The position numbers were made by a program, and so were the translations under genes. From Bdellovibrionales bacterium (GTDB taxonomy: Bacteria; Bdellovibrionota; Bdellovibrionia; Bdellovibrionales; CAYMLA01): a DNA stretch of 64,000 bases. The notes beneath the pieces are model-generated. The model did not search any database, had not been told where the DNA came from, and worked only from the letters and a program-made list of their open reading frames with translations. Positions 36,306 to 46,644 of the stretch are shown piece by piece (position 1 is the stretch's first letter; the number at the start of each line of letters is the position of its first letter). The stretch is taken from contig OZ244239.1 of NCBI GenBank assembly GCA_965217115.1, positions 1,728,001-1,792,000 on the forward strand, in the 5' to 3' direction.

Positions 36306-37388
36306 TTATTCTTTTATAGATCTAATAGCGTAAATACCAAAAAACAGATTCGGCAGCCATAGGGCTATTGGAATTGGCAAGAGCCCGTTTCGTCCCATAT
36401 TTTCAAATAGAATATATAGAATCCAGTATGTGATGATAATACCAGTGGCTATAGTCATCCCTTCTGATTTTCCAGTACGACGATTGTTTTTCATTCCCAA
36501 TCCTACCCCGAGCAAAGCAAAAATAATACAGGCAAATGAGAGGGCCCAACGTTTGTAAATTTCTATTTCGAAGATGATCTTTTTTTTAAGATGGATTTGA
36601 GAGGATTGGAGTCCATCTTTTAAATCTTGATATGTTAATGATGAAGGAGTTTTCTTTTTGTAAAATGTTTTTTCTGGCTTAGATAGCTGAATGTCGTATG
36701 TATCAAAGTGGATTTTAGTATGGTTTGTTTTTTGTCTATGTATATCTCCATTTTTTAGACGCAAAAGAATGCTCTGAGAATTTTCTGGTTTTTTTATGAT
36801 GAGGCCTTCTTGAGCAACAATAGTTATGGGTGTGTTCTCCCTTTCATCATAAATAAAAACTTCTCTTAGTTGGTTTTCCTTGGAGTTAACTTTATTGGCA
36901 TAAACAACGAGGTCAAAAAAACCTTCTGAAAACGTACCTTCACGAATAGAAATCGTTACTTTTGAGTTGCTAACTTTCTCGATCAAAACCTCAAATTGTC
37001 TGTTTCCCCATGGAGCGATATTGAATGCTGTATAGGCGCTGAGAAAAAAGGCGAGGAGAGATAAAATGATGGCCGGGCTTGCTAATTGATAGGAGCTAAG
37101 GCCAAGAGCTTTGAAGGCAATAACCTCAGAGTTATTACTCATTCGACTATATGTGAGTAATACGGCTAAGAGTAAGCTCATGGGTAATATTGTGGGAATG
37201 AAGCTGATCGAGAGGTAGGAGATGATCTCTAAGACAGTTAATACTTTGGCTCCGTGAACGAGTGCAAGCTCTGTTAGTTGTAACGCTTGGAACATGAGAA
37301 GAATAAGAGTAAATGCAGAGACACCGAGAAGAAGACCAGGGAGAATACTTAAAAATATATAACGAAAAGCTAAGTGATTGCGAAAAAT
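36306..37388 (-). CDS. lptF: LPS export permease LptF (probable ATT start)
   Basis: P..LL.AVL.TY.RMS.NSE..A.KA.G.S, EG.F, L.LKNG.IH and F.TY motifs. The frame extends 31 codons upstream of ATG 37295 through a TM helix to ATT at 37388. LptF versus LptG is judged on motif resemblance. Confidence 0.85.
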   Translation of the reverse strand: MFRNHLAFRYIFLSILPGLLLGVSAFTLILLMFQALQLTELALVHGAKVLTVLEIISYLSISFIPTILPMSLLLAVLLTYSRMSNNSEVIAFKALGLSSYQLASPAIILSLLAFFLSAYTAFNIAPWGNRQFEVLIEKVSNSKVTISIREGTFSEGFFDLVVYANKVNSKENQLREVFIYDERENTPITIVAQEGLIIKKPENSQSILLRLKNGDIHRQKTNHTKIHFDTYDIQLSKPEKTFYKKKTPSSLTYQDLKDGLQSSQIHLKKKIIFEIEIYKRWALSFACIIFALLGVGLGMKNNRRTGKSEGMTIATGIIITYWILYILFENMGRNGLLPIPIALWLPNLFFGIYAIRSIKE

Positions 37389-37417
37389 ATGCCTGTCCTT
37401 TTTTGACTCTCAAGTTG

Positions 37418-38326
37418 TTAAACGGGACTCATTTGGCAGACTTGTTCAGGACTACCAACGGCTTTACGAACCCTTAGTGCCATTTTAAGGAGATTTTCAA
37501 AATTCTCCAAGGCCAGTTGTGAGGCAGCATCGCATTTTGCAGTTATGGGGTCTGGGTGGGTTTCTATAAAGAGGCTATCACAACCTGCGGCAACTGCCCC
37601 AAGGACTAGATGGGGAATAAATCTAGGTTCTCCACCTGCGGGGTCAGCGCTGGATATTCCATAGCGACGAATAACATGGGTGGCATCCACACAAACGGGA
37701 GCGCCAACTTGTTGCATGATAGGGATAGATCTCATATCTGCTAGAAGCATATTGTAACCAAAGCAGGTGCCTCTCTCGCAGAGAAGAACATTACTGTTTC
37801 CTGTCGATTGAATTTTACTAAAAACTCCTGCCATGCCTTCAGGAGCGAGAAATTGTCCTTTTTTAACATTTATAGGTTTACCTGTTCTTCCTGCTTCCTG
37901 AACGAAGGAGGTTTGTTGGCAGAGATAGGCGGGAATTTGTAGAACATCGACAAATTCTGCTGTTTTTTTAATATCCTCGTGGCGGTGGATATCAGTGAGT
38001 ACGGGAATTTTAAACTCTTCACGAACCTCTTTTAAAATTTGCAACCCTTCGTCGGAGAGAGGGCCTTTCCAATTTTTTTCTGTGCCCCGATTGTCTTTTT
38101 CGTAGGAGCTTTTAAAAATAAGGGGAACACCTAGTCTTTGACTGATATCAGCTAATTGTCGGGCTGTTTTCATAATAAGTTCTTTACTATCAATAACGCA
38201 GGGGCCAGCAATAACAGCAAGGTCTTTGTTTGAGCCAATCTCTATAGTTGAGGTGGGTGTTTCCACTGTAAAAAGACGTTGAGGAAGTTTTATTTTTTCA
38301 ATTCGTGTTTGTTTCATTTTTTTCAC
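37418..38326 (-). CDS. kdsA: KDO 8-phosphate synthase
   Basis: IAGPCVI, FKSSYEKDNR, QIPAYLCQQT, NVKKGQF, CERG..FGY and DATH motifs. Confidence 0.93.
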   Translation of the reverse strand: MKKMKQTRIEKIKLPQRLFTVETPTSTIEIGSNKDLAVIAGPCVIDSKELIMKTARQLADISQRLGVPLIFKSSYEKDNRGTEKNWKGPLSDEGLQILKEVREEFKIPVLTDIHRHEDIKKTAEFVDVLQIPAYLCQQTSFVQEAGRTGKPINVKKGQFLAPEGMAGVFSKIQSTGNSNVLLCERGTCFGYNMLLADMRSIPIMQQVGAPVCVDATHVIRRYGISSADPAGGEPRFIPHLVLGAVAAGCDSLFIETHPDPITAKCDAASQLALENFENLLKMALRVRKAVGSPEQVCQMSPV

Positions 38327-38589
38327 CTAAGTTTGTTTTTTGTAAAAGTTCCATAAAACTCATCGGAATACATGGACATAAGTACCACTTTTTATCTAAA
38401 ACCGTCAATCTGTCCATGTTCTGAACTTAGACAAATGATCCGTTAGGGTGATTATTTTGAGGGGTAGGAAGGGTTGTGAGCCCCTTATAGAAAAAAGACA
38501 AAGGTTAGGCCTTGCCAGATCTTTTTTTGAGCCTATACTGTGCTTGCCTTGTCGAGAAATCAGGGCTTAATTTTTTTAAAGAGGTGACT

Positions 38590-38910
38590 ATGGGAATTAT
38601 TCAAGCAACAGATGCTAATTTTGATGCAGAGGTCTTAAAATCGGAAAAACCTGTTTTGGTGGATTTTTGGGCTGAGTGGTGTGGTCCCTGTCGTGCAATG
38701 AATCCTAAACTGGAAGAGATTGCTCAGGAGCATGGAGATAAGGTAAAAATTGTTAAAATTAATATTGATGAGAATCCAGATGCTCCTGCGAAGTATGGTG
38801 TGAGGTCAATTCCTACCTTGATTATGTTTAAGGCAGGAGACAGAGTTGATGATGTGTTGGGAAATCAACCCAAAGAGACTCTTGTTGAGATGATAACTAA
38901 ACATTCTTAA
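38590..38910 (+). CDS. trxA: Thioredoxin
   Basis: VDFWAEWCGPC motif; ATG at 38590 preceded by GAGGT. Confidence 0.97.
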   Translation: MGIIQATDANFDAEVLKSEKPVLVDFWAEWCGPCRAMNPKLEEIAQEHGDKVKIVKINIDENPDAPAKYGVRSIPTLIMFKAGDRVDDVLGNQPKETLVEMITKHS

Positions 38911-38974
38911 TGAGTTATTATCTAAGCATTTTGATTGCTTAAGCCATCCTAAGACGATTTTATGGGTCTGATTT

Positions 38975-40105
38975 TTATTGTGAAAATATATTGCGACGAT
39001 AGGCCACTCCAGAGACAATGCCCAAGCTCAGCATAGTTGCAATCATACTAGAGCCTCCGTAGGAAACCAGAGGCAATGGTATACCAACAATGGGCATCAA
39101 CCCTGTAACCATGCCAATATTGACAATGGTGTGCCAGAAGATAAAAATTATGAGACCAGTTGCAAGAAGTGTAGCAAATCGATCTCTAGATTGAGAAGCG
39201 ATACGAATGCCAGAGAGAAAGAGTATGAGGAATAAACCCACGGTGGTAAAACTTCCGACAAACCCATGCTCCTCACTGAGAACACTGAAAATAAAATCGG
39301 TGTGTCTTTCAGGGAGAAACTCTAATTGAGATTGAGTCCCTTTACGGAACCCCTTTCCTAGAGCTTTTCCACTACCCACAGCAATTTTGGATTGAATACT
39401 ATTGTAGCCTGTTCCTCGCGGATCTCTTCCTGGATCAATAAACGTAAGGACACGACTTTTTTGATATTCTTTGAGGCCAAAGTTCCAAGCTATTGGTAAA
39501 CCAACGATGGTGACAGCTAGAGCAGCAATAAGAATACGTTTTTGCACTCTAACAAATAGAAGCATCGAGATAGAAATGGCTGCCAACATAAGAGCTGTTC
39601 CTAGATCTGGTTGCTTGACCGTGAGGATGAAGGGAATAAGAGTTAAAATCGCGGGGAGAAAAAGTTGTTTTAATTTTAGTTCTTCGTGAGACTGAATTTT
39701 GGCAAGAACGGTACTCAAGACAAGAACAAGTGCGATTTTCATTGTTTCAGATGGTTGATAACGAAAAAAACCAAGATCGAGCCATCTCTGTGCACCGTAA
39801 AATTTTTGCCCAATGAACATAACTGCGATTAAGGCGGTAATATTTAAAATATAAAATATGTAGGAGAGTTGTTTCCAAATGCGAAAATTAATAAAAGTAG
39901 CTACTATGAAGATACCCCAACCTGCAGTGATCCAGATAATTTGTAGCAAAAACAATCTACTTAAGCCAGAGGTATGAGCACCGTGTGTAGCGCTGTAGAG
40001 GTTAATGAGGCCGATAAGATTAAGAGCAAAAATAATAATAACTAGATTGAGATCAATGCGGCTAAAGAAAGAATTTTTATTGACTTGTATGTAGCGTTTT
40101 TTCAT
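38975..40105 (-). CDS. rodA: Rod shape-determining SEDS protein RodA
   Basis: GAQRW, QPSE, QPDLGT, FLPERHTDFIF and LPLVSYGGS motifs. Confidence 0.97.
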   Translation of the reverse strand: MKKRYIQVNKNSFFSRIDLNLVIIIFALNLIGLINLYSATHGAHTSGLSRLFLLQIIWITAGWGIFIVATFINFRIWKQLSYIFYILNITALIAVMFIGQKFYGAQRWLDLGFFRYQPSETMKIALVLVLSTVLAKIQSHEELKLKQLFLPAILTLIPFILTVKQPDLGTALMLAAISISMLLFVRVQKRILIAALAVTIVGLPIAWNFGLKEYQKSRVLTFIDPGRDPRGTGYNSIQSKIAVGSGKALGKGFRKGTQSQLEFLPERHTDFIFSVLSEEHGFVGSFTTVGLFLILFLSGIRIASQSRDRFATLLATGLIIFIFWHTIVNIGMVTGLMPIVGIPLPLVSYGGSSMIATMLSLGIVSGVAYRRNIFSQ

Positions 40106-42064
40106 TTAAGCAGAGTCCTTTAGTTCTTTTTGTTTTTTACGAATTTTTTGTTTGATCCAACTAGGGTGATATTTTTTTATATAGGCTTTGATAACATCTC
40201 GAACGATGGGAGCAGCTCCAGAGGATCCGTGGCAGGAGTGTTCAGCTAGAACTGCGACAGTGATAACTGGATTCTCTGCAGGAGCAAAGCCGACAAACCA
40301 ACCATGATGACGTTCTTTAATAGGGCGATCTTCGCATTTACTGTATATTTGACTTGCTGACCAGGAGCGAACTTGGCTAGTTCCTGTTTTTCCAGCGATT
40401 TCAACGCCAGGGATTTTCCACCATTTGGCAGTTCCTCGTTTTCCGTTGGCTGTAAGCCAGAGGCCATGTTTGACTGCTGCAAAATTTTTCTTGGAAATAG
40501 AGAGGCCTTCTTGTTGTGGAATACTGATGTCTTTTAAGAGCAGAGGTTTGATCTCTTTGATAATTTTATTATCATAGGAACGCAGCTCTTTAATAATGAA
40601 AGGTTTGTAGATCTTTCCCATTAAACCAATGGCGTTATAGGCGATAGCCATTTGTAGGGGAGTTGTTAAGACAAAGCCTTGCCCGATGGCTGTGGTTAAA
40701 TTTTCTCCCAGTTGCCATGCTTCTCCTGTTTTACTCAATTTCCATGCTGAATCAGGCATAAGCCCAGGTACTTCGCCTTCTATTTCTATCCCTGTTTTTC
40801 TACCAATATGAAATAGGTCGATATAACTCTTCATTTTATCTATACCGAGAAGAATGCCCATTTTATAAAAAAAGACATTGCAAGACTGTTCTATGGCTTG
40901 GCTGAGATTCATGGTTCCGTGTCCATTGCGTTTCCAGTCATGATAGATACGTCGGCCATATTTTAAATGACCGTTACAATAAATTGTTGTCTGATCTGTA
41001 ATCATTTTCTCTTGTAGAGCAGCCAAGGCAATAAGTGGCTTAAATGTAGATCCAGGAGAATTGTGATCTTGTATAACTTTATTGCGCAATGGCTTAAAAG
41101 GGTCGTTGATAAGATTCGACCACACATCATTTGAAATACCAGAAACAAAAGAATTTGGGTTAAACGAAGGTGTGCTCAACCAAGCAAGAACTTCGCCGTT
41201 GTTTTTAATAGCAACAAGACTACCAATACGTTTATTTTTGACAAATGAATTGTAGGCAGTTGTTTGTATGTCTTTATCAATGGTTAATACTAAATTAGTT
41301 CCAGGTTTTGACTCTTGTCCTGTGAAATGCTTATCAAAGACATTTTCGGAGTAAACCTTAGCTTCTCTGCCTCTAGCATCGACTTGCTGATACCTACGTC
41401 CATCGAATCCTTTTAAATTAGCTTCAAGAGATTCTTCAATACCGCTTTGTCCAACAATATCTCCTTGTTTAAATTTGATCTTACCCTTGTACTTACGATT
41501 TAAAAGGGGAATTTGTTTTTTCGAAATTTCTCCAACATAACCAAAAAGTTGAGAGCCATTTTCATTGAGTGTGTATTTTCTTAAAATAACTTCGCTAATC
41601 TCTAAGCCTGGATTATCTAAACGAATGCGTTTAAGTAGAAAAATTTCACGTCGTGAGAGGTTTTCTTTAATTTTAGCAGGAAAAAAAGGTCCGTTTAAGC
41701 GGCGACTCTTTTTAATTAAAGAAACGATTTTAGAAGCAGGAATATTAATAATTTTGCTGACATATTTGGCTGTTTTTTGAATATTTTCTGTGTATTGCGG
41801 AGATATTGTGATTTCAAAGGCTGGGATATTTTCAACTAACACATTTTGGTTACGATCGAGGATAAGCCCTCGGGGGGCTGGGAGTTTTGTTGCTTTAATT
41901 CTATTTTTAACAGAGAGTTCTCTAAGTTCATTGCCCATGATGATTTGTAGATACCAGAGTCGAAATAAAAAAATACATCCAGTAATAGCTATAATGCTAT
42001 AAAGAATCTTAAATCGATTTCTGTATTCTTTTGTTTCAGTTGAATTATATAAATAGTCTTTCAT
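40106..42064 (-). CDS. mrdA: Penicillin-binding protein 2
   Basis: APRGLILDRN, PGSTFK, SCN and KTGT motifs; likely start is ATG at 42064. Confidence 0.96.
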   Translation of the reverse strand: MKDYLYNSTETKEYRNRFKILYSIIAITGCIFLFRLWYLQIIMGNELRELSVKNRIKATKLPAPRGLILDRNQNVLVENIPAFEITISPQYTENIQKTAKYVSKIINIPASKIVSLIKKSRRLNGPFFPAKIKENLSRREIFLLKRIRLDNPGLEISEVILRKYTLNENGSQLFGYVGEISKKQIPLLNRKYKGKIKFKQGDIVGQSGIEESLEANLKGFDGRRYQQVDARGREAKVYSENVFDKHFTGQESKPGTNLVLTIDKDIQTTAYNSFVKNKRIGSLVAIKNNGEVLAWLSTPSFNPNSFVSGISNDVWSNLINDPFKPLRNKVIQDHNSPGSTFKPLIALAALQEKMITDQTTIYCNGHLKYGRRIYHDWKRNGHGTMNLSQAIEQSCNVFFYKMGILLGIDKMKSYIDLFHIGRKTGIEIEGEVPGLMPDSAWKLSKTGEAWQLGENLTTAIGQGFVLTTPLQMAIAYNAIGLMGKIYKPFIIKELRSYDNKIIKEIKPLLLKDISIPQQEGLSISKKNFAAVKHGLWLTANGKRGTAKWWKIPGVEIAGKTGTSQVRSWSASQIYSKCEDRPIKERHHGWFVGFAPAENPVITVAVLAEHSCHGSSGAAPIVRDVIKAYIKKYHPSWIKQKIRKKQKELKDSA

Positions 42065-42074
42065 GTTTTTTTCA

Positions 42075-42608
42075 CTAGCCCCGTTGGTAGTTCTTCGTTT
42101 CTTTTTTGGTGATACGATCAAGCCAACGTAACACATAATAAATTGGTAAGGCGATAAGTGGAGTAAGAAGAATTTGCGTAAATCGTTCTAAAAGAACAAG
42201 ATTCTCTAAAAAAGGCCCGCCCTCTATAAAAACAGAAAGAAGAAGTTGTAATATTTGATAAACTAAACAGCTGAGAGCAGTTGTGACTAAGAAATATTGA
42301 ATTCCTGGAATAAAGAAACGTTCTTTGATAACTTTAATGACTGCCCAAACACCTAAAATAAGGGTGAATAAAACCCCAATGGGGGAGGAGGTGAGTGTAG
42401 AAAGGGAGAAGGTAAGAACGTAAATCAGAAAAATGCCTTCAAAGTCTTCTCTGTAGAGGCTTATGTAGATGATAATAGGAAACCAAAAAAGAGGTGATGG
42501 GAAGTAGTTAAAGATAGAAAACCATGAGGCTGTTTGCAGAGATGTCATATTTAGGAAGAAAATAATAATTGCTCCGATACGAATAATAATGAGGCGATTA
42601 CTCTTCAT
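42075..42608 (-). CDS. mreD: MreD-like membrane protein
   Basis: Highly hydrophobic 177-aa protein located between mreC and mrdA. Confidence 0.75.
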   Translation of the reverse strand: MKSNRLIIIRIGAIIIFFLNMTSLQTASWFSIFNYFPSPLFWFPIIIYISLYREDFEGIFLIYVLTFSLSTLTSSPIGVLFTLILGVWAVIKVIKERFFIPGIQYFLVTTALSCLVYQILQLLLSVFIEGGPFLENLVLLERFTQILLTPLIALPIYYVLRWLDRITKKETKNYQRG

Positions 42609-43503
42609 TTTTTAGAGCTTCTTTTTTTTTGATTTCTTCTAATTGATTGATTTTTTGTATGACAAAAACTTCTTCAAGTTTATTTGATTGTATGATGGGT
42701 TCTAATTGAGCAGTAAAGGAAGTGCCAAAATTAGTTGTGTAGACTCTTTTTACAGTTCCTATGGGAATCCCTTTTGGAAATACCTTATTAAGACCACTTG
42801 TGACAATGATGTCATCTTTGGCGACATCGCTTGCCCTTTCTATGTGTTGAAGTTGGCAGGAGTTTTTAGAAACGCCCTCAACAAATCCCTGAACTCTTGT
42901 GCGTTGGACAATACCATCAATCACAGAGTAGCGATCGGTGAGGAGAAGGACTTGTGACGTATTAAGACCGACACGAAAAATATAGCCGACGACACCATTG
43001 ACACCGATGACGGCTTGATTCTTTTTAATATTATTGATTGAGCCCTTGTCTATGGAGATGGTTGAGTGATCACTAATTAGATCTCGGGCAATGACTTTAG
43101 ATGAAAGTAGTTCCATCGGTGATTTTGATTTAAAGCCTAAGAGGATGTTAAGACGTTGGATTTCCTGTTGAGCCTCTTTTAGAATAGTTAATCTTGTTTT
43201 AAGTTCAGTGTTTTCAGTGCTGAGCTCTCGATTGCTTTGCTTTATGTCAATGAGATTCACATAGAGAGACGTTGTTTTTTGGATACCTTGGCTAAAGGCA
43301 AAGTAACTGTTTTGTACGAAACCAGTGATGATAAAGAGGGGCTTAAGGTACCAATGAGATTGATTAGAGGAGGGAGTGATATTGATTGTGAGCAAGGGAA
43401 TTCCGACGATAACTAGGCCAATGATTAGTTTTTTTAGATCCAGTTGAATGAAGTTCAAGACCTTTTTCCTTACAAGAGTTATGTTCTTTTGAAAACCTAA
43501 CAA
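42598..43503 (-). CDS. mreC: Rod shape-determining protein MreC
   Basis: TM helix, coiled coil, IDKG, GVVG and VTSGL..VFPKGIPIG motifs; the true start may be slightly downstream. Confidence 0.94.
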   Translation of the reverse strand: MLGFQKNITLVRKKVLNFIQLDLKKLIIGLVIVGIPLLTINITPSSNQSHWYLKPLFIITGFVQNSYFAFSQGIQKTTSLYVNLIDIKQSNRELSTENTELKTRLTILKEAQQEIQRLNILLGFKSKSPMELLSSKVIARDLISDHSTISIDKGSINNIKKNQAVIGVNGVVGYIFRVGLNTSQVLLLTDRYSVIDGIVQRTRVQGFVEGVSKNSCQLQHIERASDVAKDDIIVTSGLNKVFPKGIPIGTVKRVYTTNFGTSFTAQLEPIIQSNKLEEVFVIQKINQLEEIKKKEALKNEE

Positions 43504-43587
43504 ATTCAGAATGTTATTCCAAGAATTCTCCTTGAAAAATATATTAAAAATGTATCAAATAGGGAGCTGTTAAATTTTAATATAGGG

Positions 43588-45093
43588 ATGGGTGCATCGA
43601 TGATCGATAAAATCAGAGATTTGGGATACAAAAAGGTCATTGGAGCTATTTTACTAGGGCTTATCTGCTTAGTTTTTGTATTTATAGGTGCGCCGACTCA
43701 GCAATTAGGTATTGGCGGAGGAGCTGCAGCGACGGTGAATAACAAAATGATATCTATTGGTGAGTATCGACAGGAGTTACAGAGATTAGAAGAGAGGTAT
43801 TCGTCTATTTTTGGAGGAGAGCTAGGAACGTCGCGTCAGTTCCTACGTTCTGCGGCGTTGGAAAATCTGATTTCCCGTCAAGTTGCAGCGCAAGGTGTCG
43901 AAGAACAGGGACTTATGGCAACTGACTTGGAGGTGCAGAGCATGATTGTGGATGAAATTCCCGCCTTTAAAGAGGATGGGCGTTTTCGCAAGTCGCTTTA
44001 TGAGCGTTATTTGCAGTCGAGACGTATCTCTCCAGGTAAATTTGAGGATATTTTACGATTTGAGTCATTGAATTTACGGACAAGGCGATTATTTGAGTTG
44101 GTGGGAACTCCGACCAAAGGAGAATTGAATAGAGAGATCACTTTGAAACAGCAAAAAGTGAATTTGAACTTTATCAAACTTGATAAGTCTATTTTGAAGA
44201 ATAAAATAAAAATATCCTCTTCTGATGTGCAGAAAAATTTAAAAAAACCTTCTTTCAAAAAAAAGGTGGAGAGTTATTACGGAAATAATAAATCAGAATT
44301 TGAACAAAAAGAAGAGGTGAGGGCGAAACATATTTTAATCAAAGCTCAGAAGGGTGATAGTCAGGCTGAAAAATCGGCATTGATTAAGATTAAAGAAATT
44401 CAAAGCAAGTTAAAGAAAGAAGATTTTTCAAAATTGGCTAAGCAGTACAGTGAAGACGTTGGTTCTAAAGGCAAAGGTGGAGATTTGGGTTTTTTTACTC
44501 GTGGCCGCATGGTGCCTGAGTTTGAGAAAGTGGCTTTTTCTTTGGAGAAAGGTTCAGTTAGCTCTGCTATTCAGACGAGTTACGGCTATCATTTGATAAA
44601 AGTGGTAGCGAGAAAAAAAGCTAAAACAGATAGTTTAAAATCTAAGGAAAAAGATATTGCGCGTAGGCTCCTTCAGACGATGAAGGTCGATGGAGTTTTG
44701 TCAGATCTTAAGAAATCTGTTGAGCGAGGAAACGGGGAAAAAGTGAATTTATTTGCGAAGAAGTGGAAACTAAAATGGGAAGAAACTGGAGAATTTGACA
44801 GAGGTGCTGCGAGTATTCCTAAAGTGGGAGAGGATGTGTTGGCCTTAGCCGGAGTCTTTCAGCTTTCTAAGGGGCAAATGTGGAAATCTGTGAGTGTTCA
44901 AGGTGGGGCTCATTATGTTTTGAAGATCAGAAGTAAAGTGAAAGATAAACTCGTCGGAGAGCCTAAGGGTCGGAAAAAGTTGAAAGAGCAATTAGCTCGC
45001 TCGGCTTCTAATGAGATATTCAATGAGTGGTTAACTTTAACGAAAAAAAGTTTTTTCATTGAAAGAAATTCGAGGCTGTTGTCTCGCCAGTAG
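43588..45093 (+). CDS. ppiD: PpiD/SurA-like parvulin peptidyl-prolyl isomerase
   Basis: N-terminal anchor, SurA-N region, HILI, FSKLAKQYSED, GGDLG, MVPEFE and GYHLI motifs. Confidence 0.88.
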   Translation: MGASMIDKIRDLGYKKVIGAILLGLICLVFVFIGAPTQQLGIGGGAAATVNNKMISIGEYRQELQRLEERYSSIFGGELGTSRQFLRSAALENLISRQVAAQGVEEQGLMATDLEVQSMIVDEIPAFKEDGRFRKSLYERYLQSRRISPGKFEDILRFESLNLRTRRLFELVGTPTKGELNREITLKQQKVNLNFIKLDKSILKNKIKISSSDVQKNLKKPSFKKKVESYYGNNKSEFEQKEEVRAKHILIKAQKGDSQAEKSALIKIKEIQSKLKKEDFSKLAKQYSEDVGSKGKGGDLGFFTRGRMVPEFEKVAFSLEKGSVSSAIQTSYGYHLIKVVARKKAKTDSLKSKEKDIARRLLQTMKVDGVLSDLKKSVERGNGEKVNLFAKKWKLKWEETGEFDRGAASIPKVGEDVLALAGVFQLSKGQMWKSVSVQGGAHYVLKIRSKVKDKLVGEPKGRKKLKEQLARSASNEIFNEWLTLTKKSFFIERNSRLLSRQ

Positions 45094-45267
45094 AGAGATA
45101 TTAAATGTTAAAAAAAACTAACTCGCCGTGTTGTCTAACTCAGTAACTTCTTGAATTTAGTTAAATTTTAGCGAAACGAACAGTTTTTGTTGGGGCGGAG
45201 AATATTGACTTAGTGAGAGGGGCGAGTTACCTAAAATTCGAGCGCTCTTAACGAAAGGTTATTCTCC

Positions 45268-46620
45268 ATGAATACACGCCGTCTAAAAGACCTTCAAACA
45301 TTAGTTTCTCTATGTAAACGCCGAGGCTTCGTGTTTCAAAGCAGTGAGATTTACGGGGGCTTAGGTTCCTGCTGGGATTATGGTCCTCTGGGCTCATTAA
45401 TGAAAATGAATGTAAAAATGGCATGGTGGAAGGCCATGACTAGGCGAGCAGATGTCGTGGGGATTGACGCAGCTATCTTAATGGCGCCAAAGGTTTGGGA
45501 GGCGTCTGGGCATGTGGATGGTTTTAGTGATCCATTGGTGGATTGTAAAGAATGTCATCATCGTTTTCGTGCTGATAATACAGAATCTTATCTGCAAGAT
45601 AAATCATGCCCCAGTTGTGACTCTAAAAATTTAACATCACCACGTGATTTTAACTTAATGTTTAAGACGAACATGGGTCCATTGGAAGATGAATCTTCCC
45701 TCGTTTATTTGCGCCCAGAAACAGCTCAGGGAATTTTTGTTAATTTTGAGAATGTGCAGACAACGACGCGCCATAAGTTGCCTTTTGGTATTGCACAGAT
45801 CGGTAAATCTTTTCGTAATGAAATTACACCAGGAAATTTTATTTTCCGCACCCGTGAATTTGAACAAATGGAAATGCAGTACTTTGTTAAGCCAGGTGAT
45901 GATGATGAGTCCTTTAATGAGTGGAAAAAAACGCGTTGGGATTTTTACAAAAGCTTAGGTATTAGTGAAGAGAATTTACAGTTTTCTCCCCATGGTCCTA
46001 ATGAATTGGCCCATTATGCGAAGGCGGCAGAGGATGTTGAGTACAAGTTTCCCATGGGATGGTCGGAGCTTGAGGGCGTGCATAACCGCAGTGATTTTGA
46101 TTTGAAACAGCATCAAGAGTTTAGCGGCAAGAGTTTAGAGTATTTCGACGAGGGAACAAAAGAGAAATTTACCCCCTATGTGATAGAGACGGCTGTTGGT
46201 TGTGATCGGTTGTTTTTGGCATTGCTTTGTGATGCCTATCGCGAAGAGGTTACTGAGATCACTGAAGGAAAGAAGTCAGGGCAGGAAGATGTGCGTATTG
46301 TTCTTGGACTGCACCCTAAGATAGCTCCTTACAAGGTAGCGGTTCTGCCTTTGAGTAAAAAATCTCCACTTCAAGATGTGGCCTACGGCTTGCGGAATGA
46401 TCTGTCCCAGGATATGGAAATTATTTACGATGAGGCGGGGAGTATCGGTAAACGCTATCGTCGTCAGGATGAAATAGGAACACCTTTTTGTGTGACGGTT
46501 GATTTTGAAACTTCAACCGACCAATGCGTGACGATACGTCATCGGGATACGATGGAGCAAGACCGTGTGCCGATAGAAGGCTTGAGCAAGAGTATTAGCA
46601 ATCTCTTAATAGATTTCTGA
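45268..46620 (+). CDS. glyQS: Glycine--tRNA ligase, homodimeric type
   Basis: [35 protein letters not shown] and [14 protein letters not shown] motifs. Confidence 0.97.
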   Translation: MNTRRLKDLQTLVSLCKRRGFVFQSSEIYGGLGSCWDYGPLGSLMKMNVKMAWWKAMTRRADVVGIDAAILMAPKVWEASGHVDGFSDPLVDCKECHHRFRADNTESYLQDKSCPSCDSKNLTSPRDFNLMFKTNMGPLEDESSLVYLRPETAQGIFVNFENVQTTTRHKLPFGIAQIGKSFRNEITPGNFIFRTREFEQMEMQYFVKPGDDDESFNEWKKTRWDFYKSLGISEENLQFSPHGPNELAHYAKAAEDVEYKFPMGWSELEGVHNRSDFDLKQHQEFSGKSLEYFDEGTKEKFTPYVIETAVGCDRLFLALLCDAYREEVTEITEGKKSGQEDVRIVLGLHPKIAPYKVAVLPLSKKSPLQDVAYGLRNDLSQDMEIIYDEAGSIGKRYRRQDEIGTPFCVTVDFETSTDQCVTIRHRDTMEQDRVPIEGLSKSISNLLIDF

Positions 46621-46644
46621 AAATAAAGACAAGGAGGCGGTAAA

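Noticed and set aside
36245..36306. SRP RNA, suggested by GAAGGAA...GCAGC
   Set aside because: It is too short and lacks the conserved CAGG-CC-GNRA-GG-AGCAG helix.
42598..43588. Absence of mreB upstream of mreC
   Set aside because: An unlinked mreB is an ordinary arrangement in several lineages and there is no sign of a remnant.
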